This document shows positions 1-11,440 of a DNA stretch of 35,248 nucleotides, piece after piece. Under the pieces are notes generated by a model that saw only the letters and a list, made by a program, of their open reading frames with translations, ran no database searches and had not been told where the DNA came from. The position numbers and the translations under genes are program-made. The DNA is taken from the NCBI GenBank assembly GCA_038750185.1, contig JBCDHK010000001.1, positions 1-35,248 of the forward strand, read 5' to 3'. Every line of letters begins with the position of its first letter. The first letter of the stretch is position 1. This stretch comes from Pseudomonadota bacterium. GTDB taxonomy: Bacteria; Pseudomonadota; Alphaproteobacteria; Rhodobacterales; Rhodobacteraceae.

Positions 1-141
1 CTCATGGTCTTCACCCTGATCCAGGCAGCAGCCAAGAACTGGCGCCGCCTCAACGGGGCCAACCAGCTGCCCAAGCTGATCGAAGGGATCAAGTTCACCG
101 ACGGCCTCGCCCCAACTGAGGCCCAAACCCGCGCCGCCTGA
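1..141 (+). CDS. IS256-family transposase, C-terminal 46 aa (partial)
   Basis: Open frame from position 1 to TGA at 139-141; motif MVFxLIxAAxKxWRRLxGxNQLPKxIxGxxFxDG. Confidence 0.8.
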   Translation, partial: LMVFTLIQAAAKNWRRLNGANQLPKLIEGIKFTDGLAPTEAQTRAA

Positions 142-174
142 CCAGACCCCGTCACCCAGTCTTGGCCATAGCTC
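1..174 (+). mobile_element. Right end of an IS256-family insertion sequence (truncated by the window start)
   Basis: Frame 1 encodes LMVFTLIQAAAKNWRRLNGANQLPKLIEGIKFTDG..., the C-terminus typical of alphaproteobacterial IS256 transposases. It is followed by a terminal-IR-like end ccgtcacccagtcttggccatagctc (149-174). Confidence 0.8.
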
Positions 175-247
175 AGGCAAACGTTCTGTCAGCCTGAACG
201 CCGCACCCCCTGGCTCTGTTGGCGCGCTCAAGGGTACAAGCGCACTC

Positions 248-913
248 ATGGCATTGGAACTCAGCGAACTGGCTGCCATGCGTGGTGGGCGTGTTGTCTT
301 CAGCGGACTGAAGGCACGGCTGCAGGCAGGCTCGGCAACGGCACTGCGCGGGCCCAACGGCATCGGCAAATCGACGCTCTTGCGCGTGCTAGCCGGATTG
401 TTGCCGCCAAGCGCAGGCGAGGCGTACCACGATGGGGTGTCGCTATCGCAAGCACCTGCCGCGTTTCAAGAGCGGGTGCTGTACGCCGGGCACCGCGATG
501 GCGTAAAACCAGCGCTGCGCGTTGCGGAAAACCTTAGGATCTGGGCCCGTTTACACGCGGCGCCAGAGGCGCGCATCGAGACGGCACTGGCGCGCTTTGG
601 CTTGGAGCGTCTGGCTGAGCGCCCGGCGGCGGAGTGCTCGGCGGGGCAGATGCGCCGTCTTGGGCTGGCGCGGCTTTTGGTGATCGAGCGCCCGCTCTGG
701 CTGCTTGATGAGCCGACGGTGTCGCTCGATACGACCTCGGTCGCGCTGGTGGCGGAGTTGGTCAAGGCCCACATCACGACGGGCGGCATTGCGCTGATTG
801 CCACCCATGCCGATTTGGGCCTCAGCGCCTGCGCGACGCTAGAGATGACGCCGCCTGTCCCCGGACAGCAACCAGTGGCGCCCGATCCCTTTCTCGATGG
901 CGCCTGGCAATGA
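248..913 (+). CDS. ccmA: Heme ABC exporter ATP-binding protein CcmA
   Basis: Walker A GPNGIGKST, signature SAGQMRRLGLARL, Walker B LWLLDEPT; overlaps ccmB via ATGA. Confidence 0.95.
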   Translation: MALELSELAAMRGGRVVFSGLKARLQAGSATALRGPNGIGKSTLLRVLAGLLPPSAGEAYHDGVSLSQAPAAFQERVLYAGHRDGVKPALRVAENLRIWARLHAAPEARIETALARFGLERLAERPAAECSAGQMRRLGLARLLVIERPLWLLDEPTVSLDTTSVALVAELVKAHITTGGIALIATHADLGLSACATLEMTPPVPGQQPVAPDPFLDGAWQ

Positions 914-1566
914 TCGCGCTTTTGCGCCGCGACATTACCCTGGCACTGCGCCTTGGCGGCGGAGGCGCCGTGGCGATCGCGTTCTTCGTGCTTGCGGTAG
1001 TGTTGATCCCACTTGGGGTGGGGCGTGAGGGGGCGACGCTTGCCCGCATCGCTGGCGGCGTGCTCTGGATCGCGGCGCTGCTCTCGGCGTTGCTCTCGCT
1101 CGATCGGCTGTTTCAGGCCGACTATGAGGACGGCACCCTTGATCAACTGATGTTGTTGCAAATGCCGCTCGAAGTGGTGGTGCTAGCCAAGGTCGCAGCC
1201 CACTGGCTGACCACTGGTCTGGCCATGGCGCTGGTCGCGCCGCTGCTCGGACTGGCGCTGCAACTCCCTCTCGAGGCCCTGCCGGCGCTGGTGCTCTCGC
1301 TGCTGCTTGGCACGCCTGCCCTCTCCCTGATTGGGGCGGTGGGTGCGGCGATTACGGTGGGGGTGCGCCGTGGCGGGCTGCTGCTCTCGATCCTGGTGTT
1401 GCCGCTTTATATTCCGACGCTGATCTTCGGCGCGCGTGCGGTGGAGAACGCGCTTTTCGGCCTCTCGCCCTGGCCGGCGCTGGCGCTGACGGCGGCGTTG
1501 ACGCTGTTCTCGGCAGCGCTCACCCCGTTTGCCGCGGCGGGGGCTTTGCGCATCAACGCGCGATAG
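910..1566 (+). CDS. ccmB: Heme exporter permease CcmB
   Basis: Hydrophobic 218 aa with motifs LLSLDRLFQADYEDGTLD, AKVAAHWL and LLLSILVLPLYIPTLIFG. Confidence 0.95.
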   Translation: MIALLRRDITLALRLGGGGAVAIAFFVLAVVLIPLGVGREGATLARIAGGVLWIAALLSALLSLDRLFQADYEDGTLDQLMLLQMPLEVVVLAKVAAHWLTTGLAMALVAPLLGLALQLPLEALPALVLSLLLGTPALSLIGAVGAAITVGVRRGGLLLSILVLPLYIPTLIFGARAVENALFGLSPWPALALTAALTLFSAALTPFAAAGALRINAR

Positions 1567-1569
1567 ACG

Positions 1570-2913
1570 CTATTGTGCCGCGACGCTTTGCCGGCGCACC
1601 TGGACCAGATGGCTGCCGAAGGCCTTCTCGAATTGGAAAAATTCCTTCTCGGTCATTTCGGCCGAGAGCACCACGGCGCTGTCCTCATCGCGGCGTGACA
1701 GCACCTCGGTGCGGTCGTAGAGCCAGGAGACGGCGGCACCCTCGGTGTGGCTTAGTTGAAACTCGAACACGAAGCGGCGCGGGTAGAGCCTGGCTTCGAT
1801 GGTGCTGAGCAGCGCCTCGGTGCCCTGGCCTTGGGCGGCGGAGAGCGCCACCACACCCGCCTCGCGCTCGGCCATGCGCCGGGTAGCCTCGGCGCGCTCA
1901 GGATCGAGTAGGTCGATCTTGTTGTGGGCCTCGATGGCGGTCTCGATCTTATCGGCCTCAACACCCAGCTCATTGAGCACACCGAGCACATCCTGGCGCT
2001 GGGCCTCGGTGTCGGGATGGGCGATGTCGCGCACGTGGACGATGAGATCGGCTTCCAGCACCTCCTCCAGCGTGGCGCGAAAGGCGGCGACCAGTTGCAC
2101 TGGTAGATCGGAGATGAAGCCGACCGTATCCGAGAGGATCGCCGGGCGCCCGGAGGGCAGCGCGATCTTGCGCATGGTCGGGTCGAGGGTGGCAAACAGC
2201 ATGTCCTCGGCCAGGACGCCGGCGCGGGTCAGGTGGTTGAAGAGGGTCGATTTGCCGGCGTTGGTGTAGCCGACCAGCGCCACCACCGGCTCGGGCACCT
2301 TCTGGCGCTTGGTGCGGTGGAGCGAGCGGGTGCGCGCCACCTTATCAAGGCGCTGGCGTAGGCGGGCGATTTTTTCGTCGATCTGGCGGCGGTCGGCCTC
2401 GATCTGTGTCTCGCCGGGGCCGCCCATGAAGCCCACGCCGCCGCGTTGGCGCTCCAGGTGGGTCCAGGAGCGCACCAGGCGTGACTTTTGGTAGGTGAGG
2501 TGGGCCAGCTCGACCTGGAGCACGCCCTCGCGGGTGGCCGCGCGGGCGCCAAAGATCTCCAGGATGAGCCCGGTGCGATCGAGCACTTTGACCTTCCAAG
2601 CCCGCTCCAAATTGCGCTGTTGGACCGGGCTCAGGACGCCGTTGACGATGACGAGGCCGATCTCCTCGGCCTCCAGCACCGTGCCCACCGCCTCGACCTT
2701 GCCGGGGCCGAACAGCGTCGCAGGATTGGGCCGCACCACAGGCACGACCTCACCATCGACGCGGTCGAGTTCGAGGGCCTTGGCGAGGCTGAGCGCCTCC
2801 TCAAGCTGGGCCTCGGGCGAGGCACCGGCTTCCTTGAGGTCGGGGTGGAGAATTCTTGCGCTGATCAGGGCTGGCGCTTTCGTAGACAGGTCATTCTTGG
2901 GCTTGTCCGTCAT
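1570..2913 (-). CDS. hflX: Ribosome-splitting GTPase HflX
   Basis: Motifs [33 protein letters not shown]1 [27 protein letters not shown]; lies directly after hfq. Start placed at ATG 2913 (MTDKPK), overlapping the end of hfq; start uncertain. Confidence 0.95.
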   Translation of the reverse strand: MTDKPKNDLSTKAPALISARILHPDLKEAGASPEAQLEEALSLAKALELDRVDGEVVPVVRPNPATLFGPGKVEAVGTVLEAEEIGLVIVNGVLSPVQQRNLERAWKVKVLDRTGLILEIFGARAATREGVLQVELAHLTYQKSRLVRSWTHLERQRGGVGFMGGPGETQIEADRRQIDEKIARLRQRLDKVARTRSLHRTKRQKVPEPVVALVGYTNAGKSTLFNHLTRAGVLAEDMLFATLDPTMRKIALPSGRPAILSDTVGFISDLPVQLVAAFRATLEEVLEADLIVHVRDIAHPDTEAQRQDVLGVLNELGVEADKIETAIEAHNKIDLLDPERAEATRRMAEREAGVVALSAAQGQGTEALLSTIEARLYPRRFVFEFQLSHTEGAAVSWLYDRTEVLSRRDEDSAVVLSAEMTEKEFFQFEKAFGSHLVQVRRQSVAAQ

Positions 2914-3133
2914 AGAGCGAGAAGGGTTGTGCTGGCATAATGGTAGAGACCGCATGCTTGTAGACAAGCTGGGACTGACCATCGCGGCGCAACAGGATGC
3001 AGAAGTTATCGAACGAGGTGATGACGCCCTGCAATTTGACGCCGTTTACCAGGAATACCGTTACCGGTATCTTGGCCTTCCGCACGTGATTGAGAAATGC
3101 ATCTTGCAGATTTTGTTGTTTTTCTCCGGCCAT
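2891..3133 (-). CDS. hfq: RNA chaperone Hfq (80 aa)
   Basis: [67 protein letters not shown], with the Sm1/Sm2 and YKHA motifs; ATG at 3133. Confidence 0.98.
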   Translation of the reverse strand: MAGEKQQNLQDAFLNHVRKAKIPVTVFLVNGVKLQGVITSFDNFCILLRRDGQSQLVYKHAVSTIMPAQPFSLYDGQAQE

Positions 3134-3190
3134 GTTTCGCCTTGTCTTTTTGTCGGTCGTCGAAGCGTCGAAACGCACACCCTCTAGATA

Positions 3191-4762
3191 CTACCAACCG
3201 GACTGTGGTGTCTTGGCGGAAGATTTTCCAGCTTTTTGTGCGCGAGCGAACAAACGCCGCCAAACCTGTGGGTTGAAAAGCGCAATCAAGGCCAGCGTCT
3301 CGATGCGCCCAATCACCATCACCACCGCCAGAATGCCCTGCTGAGGGGCGGTGAAATCGGCAAATGAGCGCCCACCCGTGCCGACGATCTCCAGCGCAGG
3401 CCCGGTGTTGGCGATGGCGGCCACGGTGGCGACGATGGCGGTGTCAAAGCGCAGGCCAAGTGCCGTCAGTGCCAGGACGGCGGCCAGAATGGCAAAGATG
3501 AACAACATGATGAACGACCAGACGATCACCGGGCCTTCGCGCAAGAGCGAGCGCGTGCGCGCGCCTACGCCAAGCACTGAGTTGGGCTGGGCGATGCGCT
3601 CCATCTCGCGCACACCGTGGCGCAGCAGCGCATAGGCGCGGATCAGCTTGATACCGCCTGCTGTGGTCGCCGCACCGCCGCCGATGGCCGCAAGGCCAAG
3701 CAGCATCAGCCCAGGATCTGCCAGCCCCGACCAGTCGCGCGCCTCGGCCCAATAGCCCGAGACATAGCCGGTGGTGGTGAGAAAGGACGTCACCGTGAAG
3801 ATCGTCCCCCAGAGCGCGTTGAAGCCGTCGGTCTCGCCGGTCAGCTCGATGGTGAGCGCGCCGATCCAGTGGCGCAGGAAGAGCGCGGCGGAGGTCAGTG
3901 CCACCAGCACGGCCATTATCCAGATCTCAGGATCGCGTCGGATGCCGCGCCGCTCGCCAAAAGACGATGCGCGCGCATAGACCAGCCGCGTCGCCGCGAC
4001 GATCATGAAGGCCAGCGCCGCCACCTCGGCCACCCGGTTGGTGGCGTCCTCAAAGCCCACACCGCCCTCGATACCGCTGGTCGAGAGTATCCCCATGGCG
4101 TGGATGAGGGCCGAGAGCGGCCCCTGCCCTGCGCCGCTCAGCAAGAGTGCCAGCGCTACCGTCAGCCCGAGATAAATCGGCAAGATCACGCGTACCGCGC
4201 GCCGGATACGCACGCCCAAGGGCGCGGGCGCGATGCCGAGCGCAGTGTCGCGCGGGGCGGTGTCGCTTTGCATGCGCCAGGTGGCGGCCTCGATCTCGAA
4301 ACCGCCGAGCCGGCGCGGCGCCAGCACCACCCAGGCCGCAGTCAGGCTGAGAAAGCCGCCGATCCAGCCGACCTGCGCGCGCCAGAGATGGAGCGCTTCG
4401 GGCACCCTGTGGGGCTCGCCGTAGACGCTGCCGCCGGTGGTGGTAAAGGCTGCCACCATCTCGAAAACCGCCCCGGTCCAGCCGATCCCCGGCGTGATCA
4501 GCATGAGCGGGATAGCCGCGAACACCGGCAGCACGATCCAGCAGGCCAAGAGCGTCAGCAACTCGCGCTGGACACCGCCCCCGGCCTCGTCGCGGGCCAG
4601 CGCCAGCCCCAGGATGCCCGCCGAGACCGCGGTGAACAGCCCGCCGTAGAGAAAGCCGCGCGCCATAGCCCATTCGCTCTCGACCACGGCAAATAGCAAC
4701 GGCAGCGCCATCGCCAATGCCAGGACCGCCAGCATGGGCGCAAAGATCGGCTGGGCGCGCAT
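3191..4762 (-). CDS. trkH: TrkH-family potassium uptake membrane protein
   Basis: Multi-TM protein with four pore-loop-like motifs (FTTTGG, LSTSG, LTTTGY, IANTGP), GGGAATTAGGIK and MVIGRIE; adjacent to trkA. Confidence 0.9.
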   Translation of the reverse strand: MRAQPIFAPMLAVLALAMALPLLFAVVESEWAMARGFLYGGLFTAVSAGILGLALARDEAGGGVQRELLTLLACWIVLPVFAAIPLMLITPGIGWTGAVFEMVAAFTTTGGSVYGEPHRVPEALHLWRAQVGWIGGFLSLTAAWVVLAPRRLGGFEIEAATWRMQSDTAPRDTALGIAPAPLGVRIRRAVRVILPIYLGLTVALALLLSGAGQGPLSALIHAMGILSTSGIEGGVGFEDATNRVAEVAALAFMIVAATRLVYARASSFGERRGIRRDPEIWIMAVLVALTSAALFLRHWIGALTIELTGETDGFNALWGTIFTVTSFLTTTGYVSGYWAEARDWSGLADPGLMLLGLAAIGGGAATTAGGIKLIRAYALLRHGVREMERIAQPNSVLGVGARTRSLLREGPVIVWSFIMLFIFAILAAVLALTALGLRFDTAIVATVAAIANTGPALEIVGTGGRSFADFTAPQQGILAVVMVIGRIETLALIALFNPQVWRRLFARAQKAGKSSAKTPQSGW

Positions 4763-6135
4763 CAGAAGAAGTCCATCGAGACGCGGAACATGTGCTCGAT
4801 CTGGTGGACGGACTGGAAGGTGGCGAAGATCACCATCAGGTCGCCCACCTCGATGACATGATCGCCGCGCGGCATGATCAGGCTGTCGCCGCGCTGAACG
4901 GCGCCGACCACGGTGCCGCTTGGGAAGTTGACATCACGCACCCTCCGCCCGGCAATGGGCGAAGTGTGCATGACCTGGGCCTCGATCACCTCGCCTTCGC
5001 CGCGCCCGATGGAGTAGACCGAGCGTACCTTACCGCGCCGGACATGGCGCAGGATCGAGGACACGGTCGTCGCGCGCGGATTGATCAGCGCCGAGACGCC
5101 GAGCGGATCGGCGATGCGCTGGAAGGTGGTGTCCTTGGAGAGTGCGATGGAGATCGGGCAGCCCTCCTGGCCGGCGAGGGCGCAGGCGAGCACGTTGGTG
5201 CGGTCGTCATCGGTGACGGCGATGACGGCATCGGCTTCGGCCACGCCGGCTTCGGTGAGCATCTCGGCGTCGAGGGCGTCGCCGTTGAGGACGATGGTGC
5301 GCTCCAACGCATCGGCGGCGCGTTCGGCACGGGCGCGGTTGCGCTCGATCATCTTGCCGCGCAGCGCCGGGTGCTCCTCGATATTGCGCGCTACTTTGAG
5401 GCCAACGTTGCCCGCGCCGATCACTACGACGCGCTCGGGCGTCAGGTTTTCGCGCCCAAAGATGCCGAAAGCGCGCGGCACGTCCTCGCGCGCGGCGACG
5501 AAGTAGATGTCGTCTTGGGCGAGCAGTTGGTCGTCGCGGTCGGCAGCCCAGAGCCGCCCCCCCCGGCGTACGGCAACGATGATGGCGCGCAGTGTCGAGA
5601 ATAGCTCGCTCAGTTGGGCGAGTGGGGTGTTGAGGACGGGGCAGTCGTCGTCGAGGCGCAGGCCGATCAATTCGACGCGGCCATCGAGGAAGGGCTCGCT
5701 GTCGAAGGCGGCGTTGGAGAGCAGCTGGCGCATGGTGACACGCGCCACCTCGGCCTCGGGTGAGATGATGACGTCGATGGGCAGGTGCTCGCGGCGGAAG
5801 AGATCGGAGAACTCGGCCTCCAGATAGCTCTCGGTGCGCACGCGCGCGATTTTGGTGGTGACGTTGAACACCGAATGGGCCACCTGGCAGGCGACCATGT
5901 TGACCTCGTCCATCGACGTGGCGGCGATCAGCATATCGGCCTCGGCGGCCCCGGCGCGCGCTAGCACGTCCGGGTGGGAGGCGAAGCCGGTCACGCCGCT
6001 CACATCGAAGGCGTCCGAGACGCGGCGCACCAAGGCGCCGTCGCTGTCGATGACGGTGACGGCGTTGCCCTCGTCCGAGAGCGAACGCGCGATCTGGCTG
6101 CCGACTTGGCCGGCACCGCAGACGATCGCCTTCAT
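4762..6135 (-). CDS. trkA: Trk system potassium transporter TrkA
   Basis: Two RCK NAD-binding motifs (IVCGAGQVG, VVIGAGNVG), DEVNMVACQ, IDVIISPE; 457 aa. Confidence 0.96.
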   Translation of the reverse strand: MKAIVCGAGQVGSQIARSLSDEGNAVTVIDSDGALVRRVSDAFDVSGVTGFASHPDVLARAGAAEADMLIAATSMDEVNMVACQVAHSVFNVTTKIARVRTESYLEAEFSDLFRREHLPIDVIISPEAEVARVTMRQLLSNAAFDSEPFLDGRVELIGLRLDDDCPVLNTPLAQLSELFSTLRAIIVAVRRGGRLWAADRDDQLLAQDDIYFVAAREDVPRAFGIFGRENLTPERVVVIGAGNVGLKVARNIEEHPALRGKMIERNRARAERAADALERTIVLNGDALDAEMLTEAGVAEADAVIAVTDDDRTNVLACALAGQEGCPISIALSKDTTFQRIADPLGVSALINPRATTVSSILRHVRRGKVRSVYSIGRGEGEVIEAQVMHTSPIAGRRVRDVNFPSGTVVGAVQRGDSLIMPRGDHVIEVGDLMVIFATFQSVHQIEHMFRVSMDFF

Positions 6136-6165
6136 GCGCGCTCCCTGGCCGCTGCGTCTGAGAAG

Positions 6166-6193
6166 AGGCTAGCGGGAGGAGGGCGACTTGGAA
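6166..6193 (-). promoter_or_regulatory. Putative sigma70 promoter of trkA-trkH
   Basis: Minus strand TTCCAA-N16-TAGCCT in the ntrX-trkA gap, ~30 nt upstream of the trkA ATG. Confidence 0.4.
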
Positions 6194-6224
6194 AGGCGTT
6201 TTGCGTTGACCACCCGGCCGCCGC

Positions 6225-7637
6225 TCATTCGTCGGCGATCACCTCGCCGTCTTCGGTCACAGCCATGCGCACGCCGCCGCGCGAGGTGGTGGTGACGTTG
6301 AGCATCTTGAGCTTGCGGTGTAGCGCCGAGCGCTCCATGCCGACAAAAGCAGCCGTGCGCGAGATGTTACCGCCAAAGCGGTTGATCTGGGCGATGAGGT
6401 ATTCGCGCTCGAACAACTCGCGCGCCTCGCGCAAGGGCAGCCCCGCAACCAGCCCCATGACGCCACCGAGCCCGTTGCCCGGGGTGCCCTCGCCTTGGGA
6501 GGGCAGCTCGGCGGCATCGATCTCAGCACCGTCGCCGCCCAGGATCAGGAGTTGCTCCATCATGTTGCGCAATTGGCGCACGTTGCCGGGCCAGGCGCGG
6601 GTTTGTAAGGCGGCGGTGGCAGCAGCGCTGAGGCGGCGGCGCGGCAGACCCTGCTCGCGGGCAAACAGCGCCAGGAAGTGTTCGCTCAGTTCGGGGATGT
6701 CGTCGCGGCGGTGCTCCAGGGTGGGCAGGTCGATGGGCACGACATTGAGGCGATGGTAGAGGTCCTCGCGAAAGCGGCCCTGGCCGATCTCGGCGCGCAG
6801 ATCGCGGTTGGTGGCCGAGATGACCCGCACATCGACGCGCACGGTGGTGGCGCCGCCGAGACGGACAAAGGTCTGATCGACTAGCACGCGCAGGATCTTT
6901 GACTGGGTGCCGGGGGGCATGTCGCCGACTTCGTCGATGAACAGGGTGCCGCCGTGGGCGCGCTCGAACAGGCCGATGGCGACACGCTCGCCGTCCTCGC
7001 GCCCGAACAGGGTCTCCTCCATGCGCTCGGGGTCCATGGAGGCGGCATTGACCACAACGAAGGGCGCCTCACGGCGCTCAGAATTGGCGTGGACATAGCG
7101 CGCCGAGACCTCCTTGCCGGCCCCCGGCGCGCCCGCTAGCAATAGCCGCGAGCCGGATTTGGCCACCCGGTCGAGCTTGGCGCGCAAGCCCACCATAGCG
7201 GCGGAGCGCCCGATCAGCTCGACCTGGGGCTCGGTGCGTGCCTTGAGACCACGGTTTTCGCGGCGCAGGCGTGCGGCCTCCAAAGCGCGGCCCACGACTA
7301 CCATGAGTTGGTCGATATTGAAGGGCTTCTCGATGAAGTCATAGGCGCCCTGCTTGACCGCCGCCACCGCGATCTCGACGTTGCCATGGCCCGAGATGAT
7401 CACCACCGGCATGTCGGGGTTGTCGCGCTTGGCGGCGCGCAGGATCTCGATGCCGTCAAGGCGCGAGCCCTGGAGCCAGATGTCGAGAATGACCAGATCG
7501 GGCACAGCGCGCTCGATCTCGGCAAAGGTGGTGTCGGCGTCGGCGGCGGTGCGCGGGGTGTGGCCTTCGTCAGCCAGCAGATCGGAGATCAGCTCGCGGA
7601 TGTCCTCCTCGTCGTCCACGATCAGGATGTCGGCCAT
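6225..7637 (-). CDS. ntrX: Response regulator NtrX (REC-AAA+-HTH)
   Basis: MADILIVDDE, ILDIWLQGS, SGHGNVE; AAA+ domain lacking GAFTGA; C-terminal FGGNISRTAAFVGMERSALHRKLK. SD GAGGAG precedes ATG 7637. Confidence 0.95.
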   Translation of the reverse strand: MADILIVDDEEDIRELISDLLADEGHTPRTAADADTTFAEIERAVPDLVILDIWLQGSRLDGIEILRAAKRDNPDMPVVIISGHGNVEIAVAAVKQGAYDFIEKPFNIDQLMVVVGRALEAARLRRENRGLKARTEPQVELIGRSAAMVGLRAKLDRVAKSGSRLLLAGAPGAGKEVSARYVHANSERREAPFVVVNAASMDPERMEETLFGREDGERVAIGLFERAHGGTLFIDEVGDMPPGTQSKILRVLVDQTFVRLGGATTVRVDVRVISATNRDLRAEIGQGRFREDLYHRLNVVPIDLPTLEHRRDDIPELSEHFLALFAREQGLPRRRLSAAATAALQTRAWPGNVRQLRNMMEQLLILGGDGAEIDAAELPSQGEGTPGNGLGGVMGLVAGLPLREARELFEREYLIAQINRFGGNISRTAAFVGMERSALHRKLKMLNVTTTSRGGVRMAVTEDGEVIADE

Positions 7638-7647
7638 GATGTTCTCC

Positions 7648-9897
7648 TCATTGCGCCGCAACCGGCGGGGCGGGCGCCTCGCGCAAGGCCGCAAAGGCGC
7701 GCGGCAGGCGTAGCGTCACACGCGCACCATCCAGACCGTTATGGCCCGCCGCATCGCCTAGCATGATCTCACCGCCATGCTGTTCGGCAATGCGCGAGAC
7801 GATGGCAAGGCCCAGCCCCGTGCCGGTCTTGCGCGTGGTGATGTAGGGTTCGGTCAGGCGCTCGCGCCCTTCTTTGGGCAAACCGATGCCCGTGTCGCTC
7901 ACCGAGAGCCGGTAGCTGCGCCGCCCGCCATCAAGCGCGATGCGGATGCGCGCTGGTGCGTCCGGGGTGCGCTCGCGCCGGGCATCGATGGCGTCGGCGG
8001 CGTTTTGGAGCAGGTTGGTCAGGCATTGGCTGAGCAGGCCACGGTCGCAGACAAGGCGTGCAGGGCGCGTACCGGTCTCGATCTCGTAGGCGATCTCGGG
8101 GCGGCCTTCGCGCTGGAGCACGGTGACTTCGCGGATCAGCTGGCCCAGATCGGCTTCGGCGAACTTGGGCTCGGGCATGCGCGCGAACTTGGAGAACTCG
8201 TCGACCATGCGGCGGATATCTGCGGCCTGGCGCACGATCACGTCGAGGTATTGCTCGAACTTGGGGCCGTCGGCGTCGAGGCGGGTGACGAACTTGCGTC
8301 TTAGGCGGTCCGCCGAGAGCTGGATTGGGGTCAGCGGGTTCTTGATCTCATGGGCGATGCGCCGCGCCACATCGCCCCAAGCGGCCATGCGCTGGGCGGA
8401 GGCGAGCGCGGTGATGTCGTCGAAGGTCAGGACGTGGCCGGCTTCCGGGTCATCGGGGATGCGGGGTGCGATGCGAGCCAGATACTCGTGGGTTTCGCCG
8501 CCCAGCGCACGGCGCACGGCCCCCTTGGCGATGCCGTTGGGGGCGTGGCGGGCAGCGCGCACCAACGGTGCGAAATCGGGGGCGACCTCGGCAACGGGGC
8601 GGTCGATGAGCGCCGTGCCATCGAGCCCCAGCATATCGGCGGCGGCTTCATTGGCCAGATCGATGCGCGCGTCTTCATCGAGGCCGATCACACCGGCGGT
8701 CACGCCCGAGAGCACCGCGCCGATGAAATAGTGGCGCCGCTCGGCCTCGGCCTTGGCCTCGACCAACGCATCGCGCTGGGATTGGACTTGATCGGCCATG
8801 CGGTTGAAGGCGCGGCTCAGCAGCGCAATCTCGTCCGAGCCGCGCTCCTCTTTGACGCGAGCAGCCAGATCGCCCTCGCCGATGGCCTCGGAAGCACGCG
8901 CCAGGCGCCCGACGGGCTTGGCCAAACGCTCGGCAAACCAGAGGCCAAGCAGGATCGCGGCGACAATCACCAGCGTGGCAAAACCGAAATAGATCAGCGC
9001 GAAATCGAATAATAGCGAGTCGCGGTCGCGCTCCAACTGCTCGTAGAGTTTGACGGTCTCGCGGGTGTCATCGAGCAGCGCCAGCACATCGCCCTGGATG
9101 TCGCGCGAAACGTAAAGAAAGGCATCGAAGAAGCTGGAGAGGTGGACCAGCGCGCGGATCTCGTTGTTGGCGCGGTCCTCGACGATGACGATCTCGCCAG
9201 CGCGCGCGCGGGCCATCTGGCTAAAGGTCGGCGCCTCAAAGCCGAACAGATAGGAGAACTCGCCGCGCGCGACGATCTCACGGCGCGAGTTGAAGACAAA
9301 CGCCTCGGGCAATTCGCGCAACAACGCCTGCTGGCGCACGATCCCCTGAAGCTGAACCTCTCCCAGTCCGCGGTCGGCGGCGCGGTTGAGATCGTTGGCC
9401 ATGGCCAGGATGTCGCCGCGGATGTTGGTGCGATGTTCGCGCTCATACGCCTCAGCAGCAACCAAGGCGTTGCGCACGACCGAGCCGACGCGCTCGGAAA
9501 ACCAGGCTTCGATCCCGAGGTTGATCGAGAGCGTGGCAAAGACGGCCACCATCACCGTCGGCACCAGCGCCACCAGCGCAAACACGCCTGTCAGGCGCAA
9601 ATGCAGCCGCGAGCCGACCGAGCGGCGCCGCCGCGCCAGGACTAGCGAGCCGACACGCCAGCCGATTACCGCCACCAGTGCGAGCAGATAGCAGGCATCA
9701 GCGAGCAAGATCACGCGCAGCGCCGATGAGGAGGACGTCTCGCCCTGGCCCATGATTACCGAGGTGGCGATAGCCAACACCGGGCCGAGCACGACCAACA
9801 CGATCACGCCCCAGCGCCGCAGCGCTTCGGTGGCGGAAGTGGACATGCTCCTCGGCGCGCTTGGCGCGGGGGGCGGACGGCTTGAGATGTCGGTCAC
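7648..9897 (-). CDS. ntrY: Sensor histidine kinase NtrY (HAMP-PAS-HisKA-HATPase)
   Basis: Motifs RLHLRLTGVFALVALVPTVMVAVFA, H-box [38 protein letters not shown]. Start uncertain: GTG 9897 chosen (GGAG upstream); alternatives 9960 and 9846. Confidence 0.93.
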   Translation of the reverse strand: MTDISSRPPPAPSAPRSMSTSATEALRRWGVIVLVVLGPVLAIATSVIMGQGETSSSSALRVILLADACYLLALVAVIGWRVGSLVLARRRRSVGSRLHLRLTGVFALVALVPTVMVAVFATLSINLGIEAWFSERVGSVVRNALVAAEAYEREHRTNIRGDILAMANDLNRAADRGLGEVQLQGIVRQQALLRELPEAFVFNSRREIVARGEFSYLFGFEAPTFSQMARARAGEIVIVEDRANNEIRALVHLSSFFDAFLYVSRDIQGDVLALLDDTRETVKLYEQLERDRDSLLFDFALIYFGFATLVIVAAILLGLWFAERLAKPVGRLARASEAIGEGDLAARVKEERGSDEIALLSRAFNRMADQVQSQRDALVEAKAEAERRHYFIGAVLSGVTAGVIGLDEDARIDLANEAAADMLGLDGTALIDRPVAEVAPDFAPLVRAARHAPNGIAKGAVRRALGGETHEYLARIAPRIPDDPEAGHVLTFDDITALASAQRMAAWGDVARRIAHEIKNPLTPIQLSADRLRRKFVTRLDADGPKFEQYLDVIVRQAADIRRMVDEFSKFARMPEPKFAEADLGQLIREVTVLQREGRPEIAYEIETGTRPARLVCDRGLLSQCLTNLLQNAADAIDARRERTPDAPARIRIALDGGRRSYRLSVSDTGIGLPKEGRERLTEPYITTRKTGTGLGLAIVSRIAEQHGGEIMLGDAAGHNGLDGARVTLRLPRAFAALREAPAPPVAAQ

Positions 9898-9973
9898 GCC
9901 TCGCTGGGCTCCGTCGGTCTCCGTCGGTGGGAGGGGCCTTGCCGCGGGCGGCGCACCCATTGATGTTGCTCGA

Positions 9974-11436
<1,463 letters not shown>

Positions 11437-11440
<4 letters not shown>

